A stretch of DNA of 64,000 nt from Basidiobolus meristosporus CBS 931.73 (GCA_002104905.1 MCFE01000096.1:62001-126000), one strand, 5' to 3'; positions 50,345 through 63,413 are shown, counted from the stretch's first letter. Notes: generated by a model from the sequence alone, not told the origin. Numbers and translations: made by a program.

Positions 50345-53300
50345 ACCTCAGCTCCCAGTCTTTGCAATAAGTCCTTGCAATATTCAAGTGCATTTTCTTG
50401 AGCACTTCTCTTGAAAAAGTGCTGCAACCTCTTGGTGAGCCTATTAATGTTCCAAAATTCCACTGAAGGCATTGTAGTAGTCTTTCAAGTTCTTGACATT
50501 GTAGCCTTGTCTGTCTGCAGGATCTCCACTCTGTCAACAATGGATGATGTGGAGGCTGTGGTTGACAAACTATCTCTCTCTGCAAACTCATCTACCTTGC
50601 TGGAGTGTAGCTCAAATGCCTGCACTTCCAACTCTGTGAAAACAGCTGTTTTATTGTTGGTAATTCTTCTTGGCTATGATGGGTTTCCGTCTGCTCCAGG
50701 CTTGCAGCATAAATTGGCAAGAACTGCAGTTTTTTTGCATGCTTCCCTGTCTCAGGCCTGGGTAGACATTTTCCCTTTATCTTTTCCTTTATCACTGCCA
50801 GGTCTTTCAAGGCTACTTTGTCTGAGTTTTTCTTTTAATGAACAACATTTTCTCCTTGATAAATTCTGCTCTGACACTTCTGTTTTGGCCTGCTTGTCCC
50901 TTGCTGGCACTCTTTGGGCAACCTGACATTTCTTGACTGCTTGTCTTGAGCTCTTGGCTATAGTTGTGATGGGCTCCTGAGAAAGCTGCTGGTTTCATCA
51001 ATGCCAGGTCCTTCACTACTACTTTGACTGAGTGCTTCTTGAGTGGTACTATGCTTTTACCTTGATAAATGTTGTGCTGGTGCATTTGTGTCTGCCTGCT
51101 TGTCCCTTATTGGCACACTTTCAGCTACCTGATGCCTTATTGATGCTTGTTTGGAGCTTAGGCCCTGCTTGTAATGGGCTCTTGAGGAAGCTGCTGGTTT
51201 TTAGCCATGGCACCCTTGTTCTTCTGCCTCTGATAATTTCTGCTATTCTTAAGATACTTTCTTAGCATACCAATGCTAGCCCAAAATCTGTTTGCCTGTG
51301 TGAATCCAGGATAATGCTCATAGAACAGATCAAGTGTATTCTGCTTGGCCTGGAGTTCCTGATGGTCCCATGGTATGCTGACCCTAAGGTGATGGTGTGC
51401 TAGACTTCTGACAGCCTCTTGAATATTAGCCCACTCTTCATTATTGCACTCAACAGCTTCTCAGATCTTCAATGTCTTTTGATTTTTAGGTTTTGGTATA
51501 AGTACCACTTTGTCTCCCTCCCATGCTGTGATAGGTTTTTCTATGGGCTTTATCTTTGGGCTCTGTTGTTATGCTTCAAAGACTGTATGGTGTTCAGCTG
51601 TTATTACATCAGGAAATGGCTCAATTCTTGGCTGTGACATTGAGCTGCTTGAGTTCCTTCTTTGCAGCAAAGATACTGCTTTTTCTACCTGGGACATTGA
51701 TTGATCTAAACATATTATCCACTCATCCTGTTCCTTGACTATTTCCTGATTTCTCTGGGCCATTGCATCTATCCTATCAGCCACTGCACCTAATTGACTC
51801 ATTAATGCTTTGGTATGAGCTGACTACATACTTGCTAATATGGGTGGGGGTGATGTTATGACAGCCACTTGCTGGTCTACAATTACAGGTATTGCATTTG
51901 CTACACTCTCTTCTACTTGTGCATAATGATCAGCTTGCAGCTCTGTAGAGGATTTCAATTGCCTACCTGACTGAAAGCCTGAGGAGTCTGCATTATTACC
52001 TTCAATGGGCACACTATCAACATGGCCTTTTTTGGATGTAACCCCACTTGTTGCACTGAATGTCAACGCAAGCTGCTGTCCAGCTGTTCTTCTGCTGCCA
52101 TCAGTGGTGAGGCTTGGTTGGGAACCAGATGACTTTGCTTTATTTTGTGGCGGCATTTATATGGAAGTAAGTCAAGTCAAAGGGGAATTAGTGTTACATA
52201 TATGTGGATATGTGGTGCTACACTTTATTTATAGTGCTTACTATGGCAGGTCATCATTGAATCTTACATTCATATAGGTGCAATATCTCAAATAAAAGAC
52301 TGTCTTAAATTCATATCAGTATTGACCAAAAAGTGATATAATATTGTTACATTGTTGAAGGTCAAACTGTTTGCCCCATGGACAAGGCTACTTTTAATCA
52401 ATGGCGTAAGAGAAGTGAAAAAAGACCATGTGGCTATTGTGGCAAGCCTCTCAGTCATGAAGCATGCAGACAGCATAGGAAGTATTACAAGGATCACAGC
52501 CAGTGTTTGCCACACAAGTTATATTTGACCATTCATCAGTCACTACTGTATCAACATTATCTTGCCAGCCAGTTGATACTTCTACAATGGCACATAGCCA
52601 TCATGTAACCTTGTGCAAACTGAGTCAGAAGAGTTTGTGATGCCTTTAGGCTCACCTCAGCCTTCTGAATATGGCTTGCTGAGTGATAGCTCCAACAAAG
52701 AAGGCTCATTGATAGGTTGTGGGCCTATCTCCTCTCAAAACAGTACCCTGCATGAGCCCAGTCAAATTCTAATATGCAATGAGACAACACCTGTTGAAAC
52801 AAATGCCAGGGATGATTCATGGAGCCAAGTGAGCCCAGTAATCCATCAGCTGGAGAATGATGTATTGATGTGGCTAGAGAAGTGGTGTGTTTCCACTAAT
52901 ATCAGTAAAGGGGGCTTTGGGATTTACTACTACTTCTTGCCAAAATCATTCCAGGATGCAACTTACCATGTACATGGTACAAGTGAACAACCATCATGCA
53001 GCTGGCAACATATGACCCAGAGACTGTCCTTATTCTATCATGTGTTGATAGTTGCATGGCATTCACATCCAAGAACGCCACCATTGCAACATGTCCAAAT
53101 TGTCAGGAATCCACTGCCATTGAGGGAAGCATTGTTCACATTCCAGATATATTCCATTAATACCCTGTCAAAAGAAGCTCATGCAGTCCAACAAATATTG
53201 CAAAGCTATAAAGTACCACACTCAGTATCAATCAAGCACAAACATATCCAATATATTGGATGACAAGCATTACAAACAGCTAAGAAGCAAGGGCTACTTT

Positions 53301-55541
53301 AAAGGTATGTACAACCATGCCTTTGACTTAGCACTTGATGGATTCTCATCAGACAAGTACTCTGCCAGCAAATCCTACTTGCCACTGATTCTCATCAACC
53401 TGAATCTGCTACCTATCATACAGTATCAGAGCAAAAATCTGATGGTAGCCTCACTGGTATCTAGGCCTAAATCACTGTCCAACCTGTATGGCTACCTGTA
53501 TCCATTGCTGGATGAGTTTTGTATGCTTTCCAGTGGGATAGCAGTAGATGGCCATCATGTCAAAGCGCATATCATTATCTGCATTGGAGATACCCTAGGC
53601 TTCAGCAAGATAACAGTCTTTTCTAGGCATAATGGATGGTGTTGCTGTCAATTGTGCAGTATCCAGGGGATTTACTCAATAGCTAACACACATTATTAAT
53701 ACCCAAACACCAACACCAAGCACATCATCTTCCCACAGAGAGAATTAACAGAAGCTGGCAAGCAATTGCAGCCAAGTTGGCAAGCTATAAGCCATTAACC
53801 AGAATATGGAATCAGTTGGAAACTGGAGATACTTGAGATAGAGGGTAGCTGTTGGAGCAAAAGCTTTCCACTGGGAGCAACACATTTGCTTTTCAACAGT
53901 AATCCCATACTGATGACCAAGTTGTAAATGGATTGTTTCAAGCTAAATGAGCCCTTCAAGATACCGGAGAAATTTAAAAGAATTGGCAAGATATTACAGA
54001 GTTTCTGCTACTCTGGGTATTTCTCATAGGCTCCAATCAATATCCATATGTATATGCAACAATACAAATGCAAAGACTGGATGAACTGGATATGTATTTA
54101 CTCAAGTGGTGTACTGAAGCCATTCCTACCAAGAGTACATTGGAAGCATTAGGAGTCATATGTTGACATTGTAAGAATATTTATCCAGAAGCAGATCACC
54201 AATGACACCTTGACACACCTACAGCTATTGTGCAAGGAGTTTATAATAAGACTTGAGTGGCTATACTACAAACATAAAGCTGAGCATGTAGATCTCTGCC
54301 ACTACTGTATCCATTCTTGACTCTATCTTGCTTGGTGTGTGGAGAATATTGGGCCTTGCTTCACCTTTTGGGTGCTTCCTATGGAGCAGATGTGTGGGGA
54401 GATAGGAAGACAAGTCAAGTTGCTGGTACTACCATATGCCAATCTTATCAAGAATATTACCTTCAAGTTGGTGATGGATGTGATGAGCTGGTACATGGAG
54501 GACAGCCAGGAAGAATTGGAAAATACTGAGGATAGATGTGCATATGGAGACACCTATGCCTATGGAATTAAGAAACTAAGCAGCCCTAATGTGAGGGTAA
54601 TAGTTGAGTAATGCAAAGTTGGGCTGGGTGCAACAAGCAGCTAATTTTTATTAGGAAAGCCTTACCAAAGTATACCAGGTTCCTCTTGGTCACAAGCCAA
54701 CCTCTACACCATTCAATACAGAATTCACACAAACAAGAGCCAGAGTGCACCCATAAGGGGGACTAGAATCCGGCAGGGAGATGAAATATATTGGCCAAAT
54801 ACCAAAAAGTTCTTGGCGGATATTCAGGAGGTATTCATGGCAGAAGTGGCAGCAACCAAGCATATGTTTGCAAGATGTATATGTTACCAGCAGTACAAAG
54901 TATATAGCAACCTTGCAAGTATCACACTAAAAAGCCGTGAAGCTGAGGTAATAGAGGTATGTCAATTACAGCAGGTATGCACATGTGTAGAGGTTAGGAA
55001 GCAGGAGACCATAGTTTTTTTTATTCAAACTATATGTGGAATACCCAAGGTAGTAGTGGGCAAGCAAACAAAGAGGGGTGATTCTACAGTGGAATATATG
55101 AATTGCACAAGGGGAGGTAGAAAAATGAACTACCATTTGGTAAGTTGGTACAGTAGCATTATATAGAACTAGCTATATGCTGCCATACTGCCATCATAAT
55201 ACCATTAGAGACTCTTGATGAGGCTGTCAAACACCATCAAGTTTTTTGCCATTTAAGGCAATTTGATGTACTGGCCAGTTAGATCCATTTTGAGTAGTTG
55301 TAGAGTGCACTAAGACTGCAACAATGCCATGCAACTATTGCCTGAGCACAAATCAAATCCTGTTAAGTTTTATACACTTATTTATCAGTAAAATTAGCTA
55401 AACACTATTGTGATACTGTCAAAAGATTGTTAAGAGGGTCATCAATTCCAAGCTGCAGGTATTATAATGGTCTCCAAATGTGATCCTGATGGCTGATCTG
55501 GATTGGATCCACCTGTAGGACCAAATTATTCTTCATAGGGG
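50345..55541 (+). mobile_element. CACTA/CMC transposon copy D
   Basis: Accessory ORF on - (50345-52156), CxxC exon (52378-52520), transposase remnants (52613-54611), terminus ...CTTCATAGGGG. Confidence 0.85.
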
Positions 55542-55599
55542 ATTAATTTGCTCTAATTTATATTGCAATATCTGACAGATCCTGTTGAAGTTTAAGGCA

Positions 55600-57380
55600 C
55601 TTCCGGGGTTTCTGGCTGGAGAACTTTGTACAAGAGGCTTCATGAAACACATCTGCATTGCCTGATAGTTCAAGTATAGCCTATGTAGGCTTTGACTTCA
55701 TTTGGAAAGTACCCCAATTTGTGGTAGTAGTTTTTTCCTGTTTTTCTTCTTTTTCATTTTCTGCAGATGACCCATGGGATATTCCTTTTGTGGGATGGTT
55801 CTGGACATCTTTATGGATGGGACCACAGTGTGTTTGAGCATAGAAGTCCTCATGACAAAATTGGTCCATAATATAGGACTATTTGAGAGTGATATAACCA
55901 AAGTTGACATCCTCTTAGATCAAACATAACTCTTGATAGAGCTAGCCAAACTTGATCTAATAAACTGACTTTGAAAGCTAGCTTCATCAGTACTTTGGTA
56001 TCAGACTCCAATATACCAGCTCTTTAAGTTGCAGAGCTTGGCAGTGACTTGATCAATCACAATTATTATGATCTGATCCAGAGAATCAAGTGTCACCAAG
56101 TGTTTTCTCCTACTGTAATAGGCTATATATATATAACAAGTATAAAATATTATGTCATCTTTGGAGTAGCTCTTAGCTAAATACTGGCTGACTGTTGCTT
56201 AATTGTGTACTCCAATCAAGCTTGCAATCATTTGCTGCACTTCTTTTCAGCTGGTGGTAGAATTTCCTTGAGTTGATTTTGCTGAGTTTGTACAATACCT
56301 TCTCCCACTGTTTTGAGACTTATACAGAGTGAAAGCACATCTAACAGCTTCATACTTAGCTCCTGGTACATTGGTTTCAGTATCAAATCTCTTGATACAA
56401 TTATAGCATTCTTCCAATGGATTTTGTGCTATGATGGTACTCTGGGTGAATATAAATGTATTATATATCAATAGGATCCTAAAAATTGATGGACCTTGTT
56501 TCTGAGATCTTCTTCCATCAATAGGTGGTCCAAAATGGTGGTCAACTGCTCCAGTATCTGTATTCATCACCCTTATTTGGAGCAGCAACAACTGGTAAGA
56601 TCTTCCTCCAGCAATCATTCAATAATGATCTATTTTTTTTCTTGCAATTCAAGGTAACATTATACCCAAAAGCTCATCTAACAGTCAACTGAGGTCATTT
56701 GAATACATATAGCAATATATCTCACTATAGATCTGGACCCACAATTGCTGGAATAATGCAATTTGCTTGGTAGTGGTAGAGCACTCAATGTCATACATTT
56801 CTTGACATATTCAAATGCTAGCTTGATAGACTTTCCTTCATAACTAGCTTGAGTAGTTGCTGAATGAGTCTTTCAAGGCAAGGCCTTCTTCTCCGCAGCA
56901 ATTTCCTTGTGAGCATAGCCCTTTTAGCAGCAGGAGTCATCTTCAACTTTAGCAGAGCAATATTGTGAAAAGTCTTTCTCCAGACAAGCAGAAAAGTATC
57001 CAAGGCAAAGTAGACACCTAGAGGATAGCAAGCTTAGGGCTCAAAACCTGTTGCAATATTCTGAGGAGTATTGGAAGATGAGTTACATGTTATTCACTGG
57101 TAGATTTATTGATCAAAAGTATGGTGTTTATACTTTTGGTAAAATAGAGCAAGGAAATGTGTAAATTTGTTAAAGAAGGTCCCAAGAATATATGTGCAAA
57201 GTCTAAGGGCTTTTGGACAACATTGTGAAAGATCATAATCTGGGTACCTGATAATTTGGTGAAAATACTCAAAGTAAATCCCAGCAAGAAATATTATCAG
57301 GACAGAATGGTAATCAAAGAATAAGATCTATGTAACTAAGTTAGCATGAATATTTAGGTGACAACTTTACAATTACAACT
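55600..57380 (-). mobile_element. Old Copia relic with 5' LTR (57049-57380) and PBS (57037-57048)
   Basis: LTR related to family 1; PBS GGTTTTGAGCCC; protease-like DTGAVDH; integrase-like IVIDQ and DQFCHE. Confidence 0.6.
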
Positions 57381-57389
57381 AGGACCACC

Positions 57390-57592
57390 TTAATGCTATG
57401 CAAACCTCATGGAAAAACCACAAAATACCGTCAAATTTACTACTATATTTGGCAGATAAAGCAGCAAAACACTGTTGCAATCCCACCAGAACATTGTGAA
57501 GAGGGTCAAGAATAATAAGCCACCAGCATTGTGAGATCCTGGTGGCTGATCTGGATTGGATCCACACAGGACCAAATAATTTTTCATATGGT
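57390..57592 (+). mobile_element. Isolated CACTA right terminus
   Basis: GGCTGATCTGGATTGGATCCAC...GGACCAAA.AATTTTTCATA matches 45830-45876 and 55490-55537. Confidence 0.65.
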
Positions 57593-57599
57593 GTTGTGG

Positions 57600-57830
57600 G
57601 CTTCCAAAAGGCTAACTCTAATAGTGACCATAAAATCACTGGGTCGCAAGCTTGATATCTGACCATTGATCTAATAGATTCCAATAAAAGGTTAGAAACA
57701 GGGGTGCCAAGCTCTTGGGCTGTTGGTTTGCCACTTGATCTGTTGTTGATCACAGTGAGAGCTTGATAATGGTTTGGAGTATTTAGCAAAAAGTGTGGAC
57801 TTTGCCAACAGCTTGCAACAACACACACAT
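57600..57830 (-). mobile_element. Copia integrase relic
   Basis: HYQALTV...LLLESIRSM...W resembles the rve core. Confidence 0.4.
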
Positions 57831-57854
57831 AAATGTACTACTTTGTTGTTTCAG

Positions 57855-58200
57855 TTTTGTAAGAGTCATGGAGATATTGACAGTGATTTGCATTTGATAA
57901 GTCATCAAGTGAAACTACTTAGTGTACTTGTTCTCCAAAAGTAGTATTTAGACTTTTACATGGTATTGGAGAAACAGACAAGTAGAATGTGCTTAGGAAG
58001 ATCCCAAGAGCATGAGTGGAAAGTTTAGGGCTGTTTGGACAACTTTGAGAAGCATCATGTTTGGGTGCCCAATATTTGGGTGATGATATTCCAAGTAAAT
58101 CCCAACAAGGAATTTGGTCAGAGTTCACTACTATTTGCAGGTAATGATCTAAGTAACTAAGTTGGGTGAATATTTAGGTGCAATCACAAGATTTCCAACA
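57855..58200 (-). repeat. Diverged Copia family 1 solo LTR, the last repeat before the genes
   Basis: GTAAGAGTC.TGGAGATATTG ... AAGTAAATCCCAACAAGGAATTTGG ... CAACA. Confidence 0.8.
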
Positions 58201-58960
58201 TATGGGAGGGAAACCTTGGACATTTGGAGATGAACATTTTAAGCTACCAATTCATAGCAAGCCACATTTTAGCAGCAAATTTGCAATCCACATGAGTCTC
58301 TCCAGCCACAATCCATAATACTCAAACCACCAGCAGCAGAAAACCCTGTTTTTACTGCACAAAGATCGGTGCACCCATTGATATCAGAGTATAAGGTGGC
58401 CCTCATATGATTCCAGGACATCCGACAACATGGAGCCTGGTCCCACCTATCAACCAACCAGTGACCCACTTTAAAGGCCGTGTTCTTGGCAGGACCATTG
58501 GATGAGGTATTCCCCCTTGAATTATGCTTCTTCCTTGAGATTGTTGCGGATCAACCTGACCTCCAATCACTCCCGAGGTGACAATTCACTGGCAAATATC
58601 GCGTAAAATGCGCCTCCCGCGGGAGCAATCTCCATGCTCCCATATCCCTTGGTATGTGACCGGGCCTTCCTAGCAGTGGAGTGGGGGGGGGATTCGTGTG
58701 GAGGATGGGTCATCCTCGAGACATGCGGAGGGAAAGATGGAATGGAGATAGCGGTACCCAGGTGTTGGAAGCGACCATCTACGGGGGATACGCCGATCGT
58801 GCGACATGACTTCGAATGCTTTATTTTAGATATGACGAGACCCCCTCCTCGTACGAGAAACCCCCGGGTTCGGGGTGGCTCCGTGGGGAGAGAGGGAGGT
58901 TCAAGATGGAATGACGATGAAAAATGATCTCTACGGTAAGTGGAAAGTGGGGGAAGGGGT

Positions 58961-58994
58961 GAGGGAGAGGGAGAGGGAGAGGGAGAGGGAGGGG
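58961..58994 (+). repeat. (GAGGGA)5 microsatellite
   Basis: Read directly from the sequence; lies just downstream of the mL40 stop codon. Confidence 0.9.
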
Positions 58995-59000
58995 AAGCAC

Positions 59001-59447
59001 TTATTTGGCAGCGGTGTAGTTCCAGCCGGAGAGGGGAGGAGTGTCGGTGAGAGTGCGAAGCTTCTTGGGGAAGGTGACGTGCTTGTCCTTCATCTGGGCC
59101 TGTCTGAACAGACGCTCGTTGGTGCGTTCAAGCTCTAGGTTGGCCGCCCTCATGGCGTTGTACTTGGCCTCCAACTCGGCTTGACGTGTGAGGTGCTGCT
59201 TCTTCTCCAACAACTTCCAGGCCAGTTCGATGATCTCCTGGCGGTGTTGCTCCTCCTCGTCAAGGGTGGCGGTCTTGCGTGGCGTAGACTCGAAGAGCAC
59301 CTTCTTGATGAGCTCGTTACGGGAATCCCCACCGATGGAGGTGTCTCTCTTGGCGCCGGGGGCTGCGGCGGCTGGGGGAGCGGCACGGAGGAGTATTCCA
59401 CGTCTGGCGGTGGATATGGCGGGAAGCGAGAAGCGTGCGAGGGACAT
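59001..59447 (-). CDS. MRPL28: Mitochondrial large-subunit ribosomal protein mL40, 148 aa, probable start MSLARF
   Basis: Basic targeting-like N-terminus; RQEIIELAW...KYNAMRAANLEL...FP...TDTPP..GWNY fits the fungal MRP-L28 family. Confidence 0.85.
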   Translation of the reverse strand: MSLARFSLPAISTARRGILLRAAPPAAAAPGAKRDTSIGGDSRNELIKKVLFESTPRKTATLDEEEQHRQEIIELAWKLLEKKQHLTRQAELEAKYNAMRAANLELERTNERLFRQAQMKDKHVTFPKKLRTLTDTPPLSGWNYTAAK

Positions 59448-59782
59448 GCTGAGGTTTCGGTGGAGAGGGGGGAGACGGTAGTCCGACCACACTATCTACC
59501 GTAAGGGAAGAAATTTTTTCGGGATCCTGGGATGCGAGGGATTTGGATCACACAGTTGGATTAAACAAAGCAAACATCTATGCGGGATTCGGGAGGATCG
59601 TTCGGATTGATTGGGTGGGATCGAGTGGTCGCCGGGTGGAGTGAGAATACGAAATACGCTGGTGCGGCGGGGTTGCTGGGACCCACTCCTTTTGAAAGTC
59701 CTTCTTCCACCCAGAGTGTCAGTGGATTTCGTCCCCACCTTACCAGTCAACAACACTAGGCTTGAAAGCACCCGTACCCAAC

Positions 59783-62700
59783 ATGTCGATGCGTGGACTC
59801 ACCGTGTTCATCGCGGACCTTCGAAAATGTACGCAAGTAGGTGCGGTTCGTCCCGGCAGCTCCAGTGGGCTGATGGTTTTTGCTTCCTGTAGGCCGTGCG
59901 AGAGAACTAGAAGAGAAGCGAATCAACAAAGAGATGGCCAACATCCGTACGAAGTTTCGAGGTGAGTGTAACCCTTCTGGACCCGGAGGATTGTGGTGAA
60001 CGGAATAGTGAACTGACCTCCCGGACCTTTTCGCCAGACGGAAACTTGAACGGCTACCAGAAAAAGAAGTACGTCTGCAAGCTGCTCTACATGTACATCC
60101 TCGGTTGGGACATCGACTTCGGTCACACCGAGGCGGTGAACCTGATGTGCAGCAGTAAATACAGCGAGAAACAGATTGTAAGTTGCCGCAGCCCACCTTT
60201 CCCTCCCTTACCCCCGTTACTGAATTGGCCCTCGTGGTCACGACCTAGGGTTATCTCGCCATCACCTTGCTTCTCACCGAGAACAGCGACCTGGCAAGAT
60301 TGGTGGTGAACACCTTGAGGAAGGATCTGGAGGATCTGAACGAGATCTACAACTGCCTAGGGCTGCACGCCATCGCCAACATCGGCGGTCGAGAGATGGC
60401 GGAATCTCTGGCCGGGGATGTGCAACGTCTGCTGGTGTCGAGGTAGGGTGTGTTCTGTGGCTGGGACACTTTTCTGTCCAAGGTATTGACGATTCTCTAG
60501 AAATACCAAGAGCTTTGTCAAGAAGAAGGCGGCCCTTTGTCTGCTACGTCTGTTCCGCAAGCACCCTGACGTCCTGCCGGCCACCGATTGGGCCGACCAT
60601 ATCCTCAGCATCATGGATTATCCTGACCTGGTAAGCAGCGACCCCCAGCCCACCCCTCTCCCCTCCTTCGACTGACTTGCTCCCAGGGCGTCACCCTCTC
60701 ATTGACCAGTTTGATCACTGCCTTGGCGCAACAATTCCCTGAAGCCTATCAGGGATGCGTGGAAAAGGCCATCCATATACTTTACAAGGTACGTTCTGCC
60801 GAGCCCACCGGACTGCCCCCTCCCCCACTAACCGCTGTGGCCCAGTAGATCATCGTCAAGAGAGAGTACAGCCTCGAGTACGTCTACTACAAGGTGCCCA
60901 TCCCTTGGCTCCAGGTCAAGCTACTCCGACTTCTTCAATACTACGCACCACCAGGTATTCCTTCGCCAGCAACGACTCGTGCGGACCCACCCCCCCCCAC
61001 TGACTGACTTCCCTTGACAGAGCAACCGGACCTGCGCAACCAGCTCAGCGGCATCCTCCAGTCGATCATCAACAACGCCCACGACGTGCCCAAGAACATC
61101 CAACACGCCAACGCGCAGAACGCCATCCTCTTCGAGGCGATCAACCTCGCCATCAACCTTGACATCGAGTCGGACATCGTCACCCAGGCGGCCTCCCTCC
61201 TGTGCCGGTTCATCTCCTCCAAGGAAACCAACACCCGGTACCTGGGGCTGGAGACCATGGCCCATCTGGCCTCGTATTCGGACTCGCTGGACGCGATCAA
61301 GAAGCACCAGGATATCATCATCCTCTCCCTCCGAGACAAAGACATCAGCGTGCGGAGACGGGCGCTGGACCTTCTGTACGCCATGTGCGACGTGACGAAC
61401 GCCAAGACGATCGTGGGGGAGCTGCTGAGATACCTCCAGGTGGCGGACTACACCCTGCGAGAGGAGATGGCCCTCAAGATCGCCATCCTGACCGAGAAGT
61501 TCGCCGCGGACTACGAGTGGTACGTCGACACGATGCTCCAGCTCATCAGCTCCGCCGGGGACCATATCAGCGACGAGGTGTGGTACCGAGTGGTGCAGAT
61601 CATCACGAACAACGAGAATCTGCAGGAGTATGCGGTGCGCAGCATCCTCCACACCCTGAACCAGGTCAACTGCCACGAGAACGCCCTGAGAATCGGGGGC
61701 TACGTCCTGGGCGAGTTCGGGCATCTGGTGGCGAACGAGGGTGGCTGCAGCCCGATCGAGCAGTTCCGCACCCTCCACTCCAAGTTCAACATGTGCTCGG
61801 CCTCCACCCGGGCCTTGCTGCTCTCCACCTACCTGAAGTTCGTCAACCTCTTCCCGGAGATCAAGGAGGAGGTCCTCGGGGTGTTCTACCAGTACCGGCA
61901 TGTGCTCGACGTGGAGCTGCAGCAACGGGCCTGCGAGTACCTCGTCCTGGCGAACTTCCCCGACGAGGAGTTGATCCAGACGGTGTGCGAGGAGATGCCG
62001 CCGTTCCAAGAGCGCGAGTCGGCGCTCATGTCGCGGCTGCAGAAGAAGGTGGGCGAGACCGAAGACAAGCGCACCTGGAGCATCGCCGGCAAGGACACGG
62101 TCCGAGAGAAGAAGTTCGGCGAACTCAATGGCGCCACCAACGGACAGCAGGATCTGCTAGACCTGTTCGACAACGCGCCCTTGCAGGGGGCCGGATCCGT
62201 CGTTGGGCCAGCCGGGGAGGTCACCGTCGACGCAGACTACGAGAACAAGTATCGCACGTTGATCTATACCTCCGAGGGGGTCCTGTACGAGGATGCCGAG
62301 GTCCAGATTGGCATCAAGTCCGAATACCACGGCCACCTGGGACGCATCGCCATCTTCCTGGGCAACAAGAGCGCCACCCACTTCACCCAGCTCAAGGTGA
62401 ACGTGGACTCCATCGCCGGACTCAGCGTGGAGACCACGCAACAGGCCCCGGACTCCCTTGCCCCATACGCCCAGGCCCAGCAACTGTTGAGCGTGGAATG
62501 TCAAAACCTGTTCCAGGAGTCGGTGGGGCTGCAGCTCGCCTACCAGGGAAGCGCCATGCGTGCCCTGGAGCTCAAGCTGCCCATCGTCCTCAACAAATTC
62601 CTCGAGCCGGTGCAGATGACCGGGCCGGACTTCTTCGTCCGATGGAAGCAGATCGGCGGCCCGCCCAAGGAATCCCAGGTGGTGTTCGCCTCGAAGGAAC

Positions 62701-63054
62701 CCATCGACATAGAGAAGGTCAAGAGGATCGCACATGGCTGCCAGTTCGGATTGCTGGATGGCGTGGATCCCAATGCCAACAACCTGGTGGGCGTCAGCGT
62801 CTTCAACACTTCCCAGGCAGGGAAGGTTGGTTGTCTCCTTCGCTTGGAGCCAAGCCTCGAACAACAGGTAAGCTCAGGCCAACCCCGTCGCTCCACCACC
62901 CCCATCCTAACTAACCCATTCTCTTTCCCTCTCCCTCTCCCTTTCCCTCCACCCTCCCCTTCCCCTCTAGATGTACCGACTGACCATCCGCACCACGAAC
63001 GACCTAGTGACCTCGCAGCTCCGGGCCAACCTGCAGACCCTACTAGAATCTTAA
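59783..63054 (+). CDS. APL3: AP-2 adaptor complex alpha subunit, 9 exons, 905 aa
   Basis: Exons 59783-59828, 59893-59961, 60038-60177, 60249-60442, 60501-60630, 60687-60788, 60849-60954, 61021-62867, 62971-63054 total 2718 nt in frame with GT-AG introns. Motifs MRGLTVFIADLR, YQKKKYVCKLLY, WLQVKLLRLLQYY, VGCLLRLEP. Confidence 0.97.
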
Positions 63055-63413
63055 ACCATCTCATTGCTCTTGATTACTCTATATATATAACCTGCACCCA
63101 CATCCAAAACTCACTCGCGCTTCCAGTAATTCCAGATCTAATAAAATCTCTGCCAACGAACCACGCTCGCCTGATGCTGTACATGAAGGGGGTTTATTGG
63201 TTGCCTCATGGTTGAGGTTGAGGTTGGGGTTGTGTTTGTGGTGGGGAAGCATACGATACGAATCGGGGGGAGGGTAGATTAGTAAGATATAGTATTCGGG
63301 GAAGGGTGAGGGAAGAGTGGGATGAAGACTGCGTAAATGAATGATTTGCGGCAATTCCTGGATCTATTGTCTATCACGGGGGAGGGGACGTAAGGAATGG
63401 TGGTGCGGGCAAT

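Noticed and set aside
1-58200. Classical CpA-directed RIP
   Set aside because: CpA and TpG are abundant, while CpG is the missing dinucleotide.
58634-58927. 97-aa ORF at the boundary
   Set aside because: No recognisable motif and low-complexity G-rich sequence; cannot be supported.
60921-62914. Long overlapping ORFs 60921-62009 (-), 61202-62914 (+) and 62157-62864 (-)
   Set aside because: Shadow frames of a GC3-rich gene; no independent protein features.
62868-63215. Proline-rich C-terminal extension of the 733-aa ORF
   Set aside because: Read-through of intron 62868-62970; the spliced exon restores the conserved MYRLTIR end.
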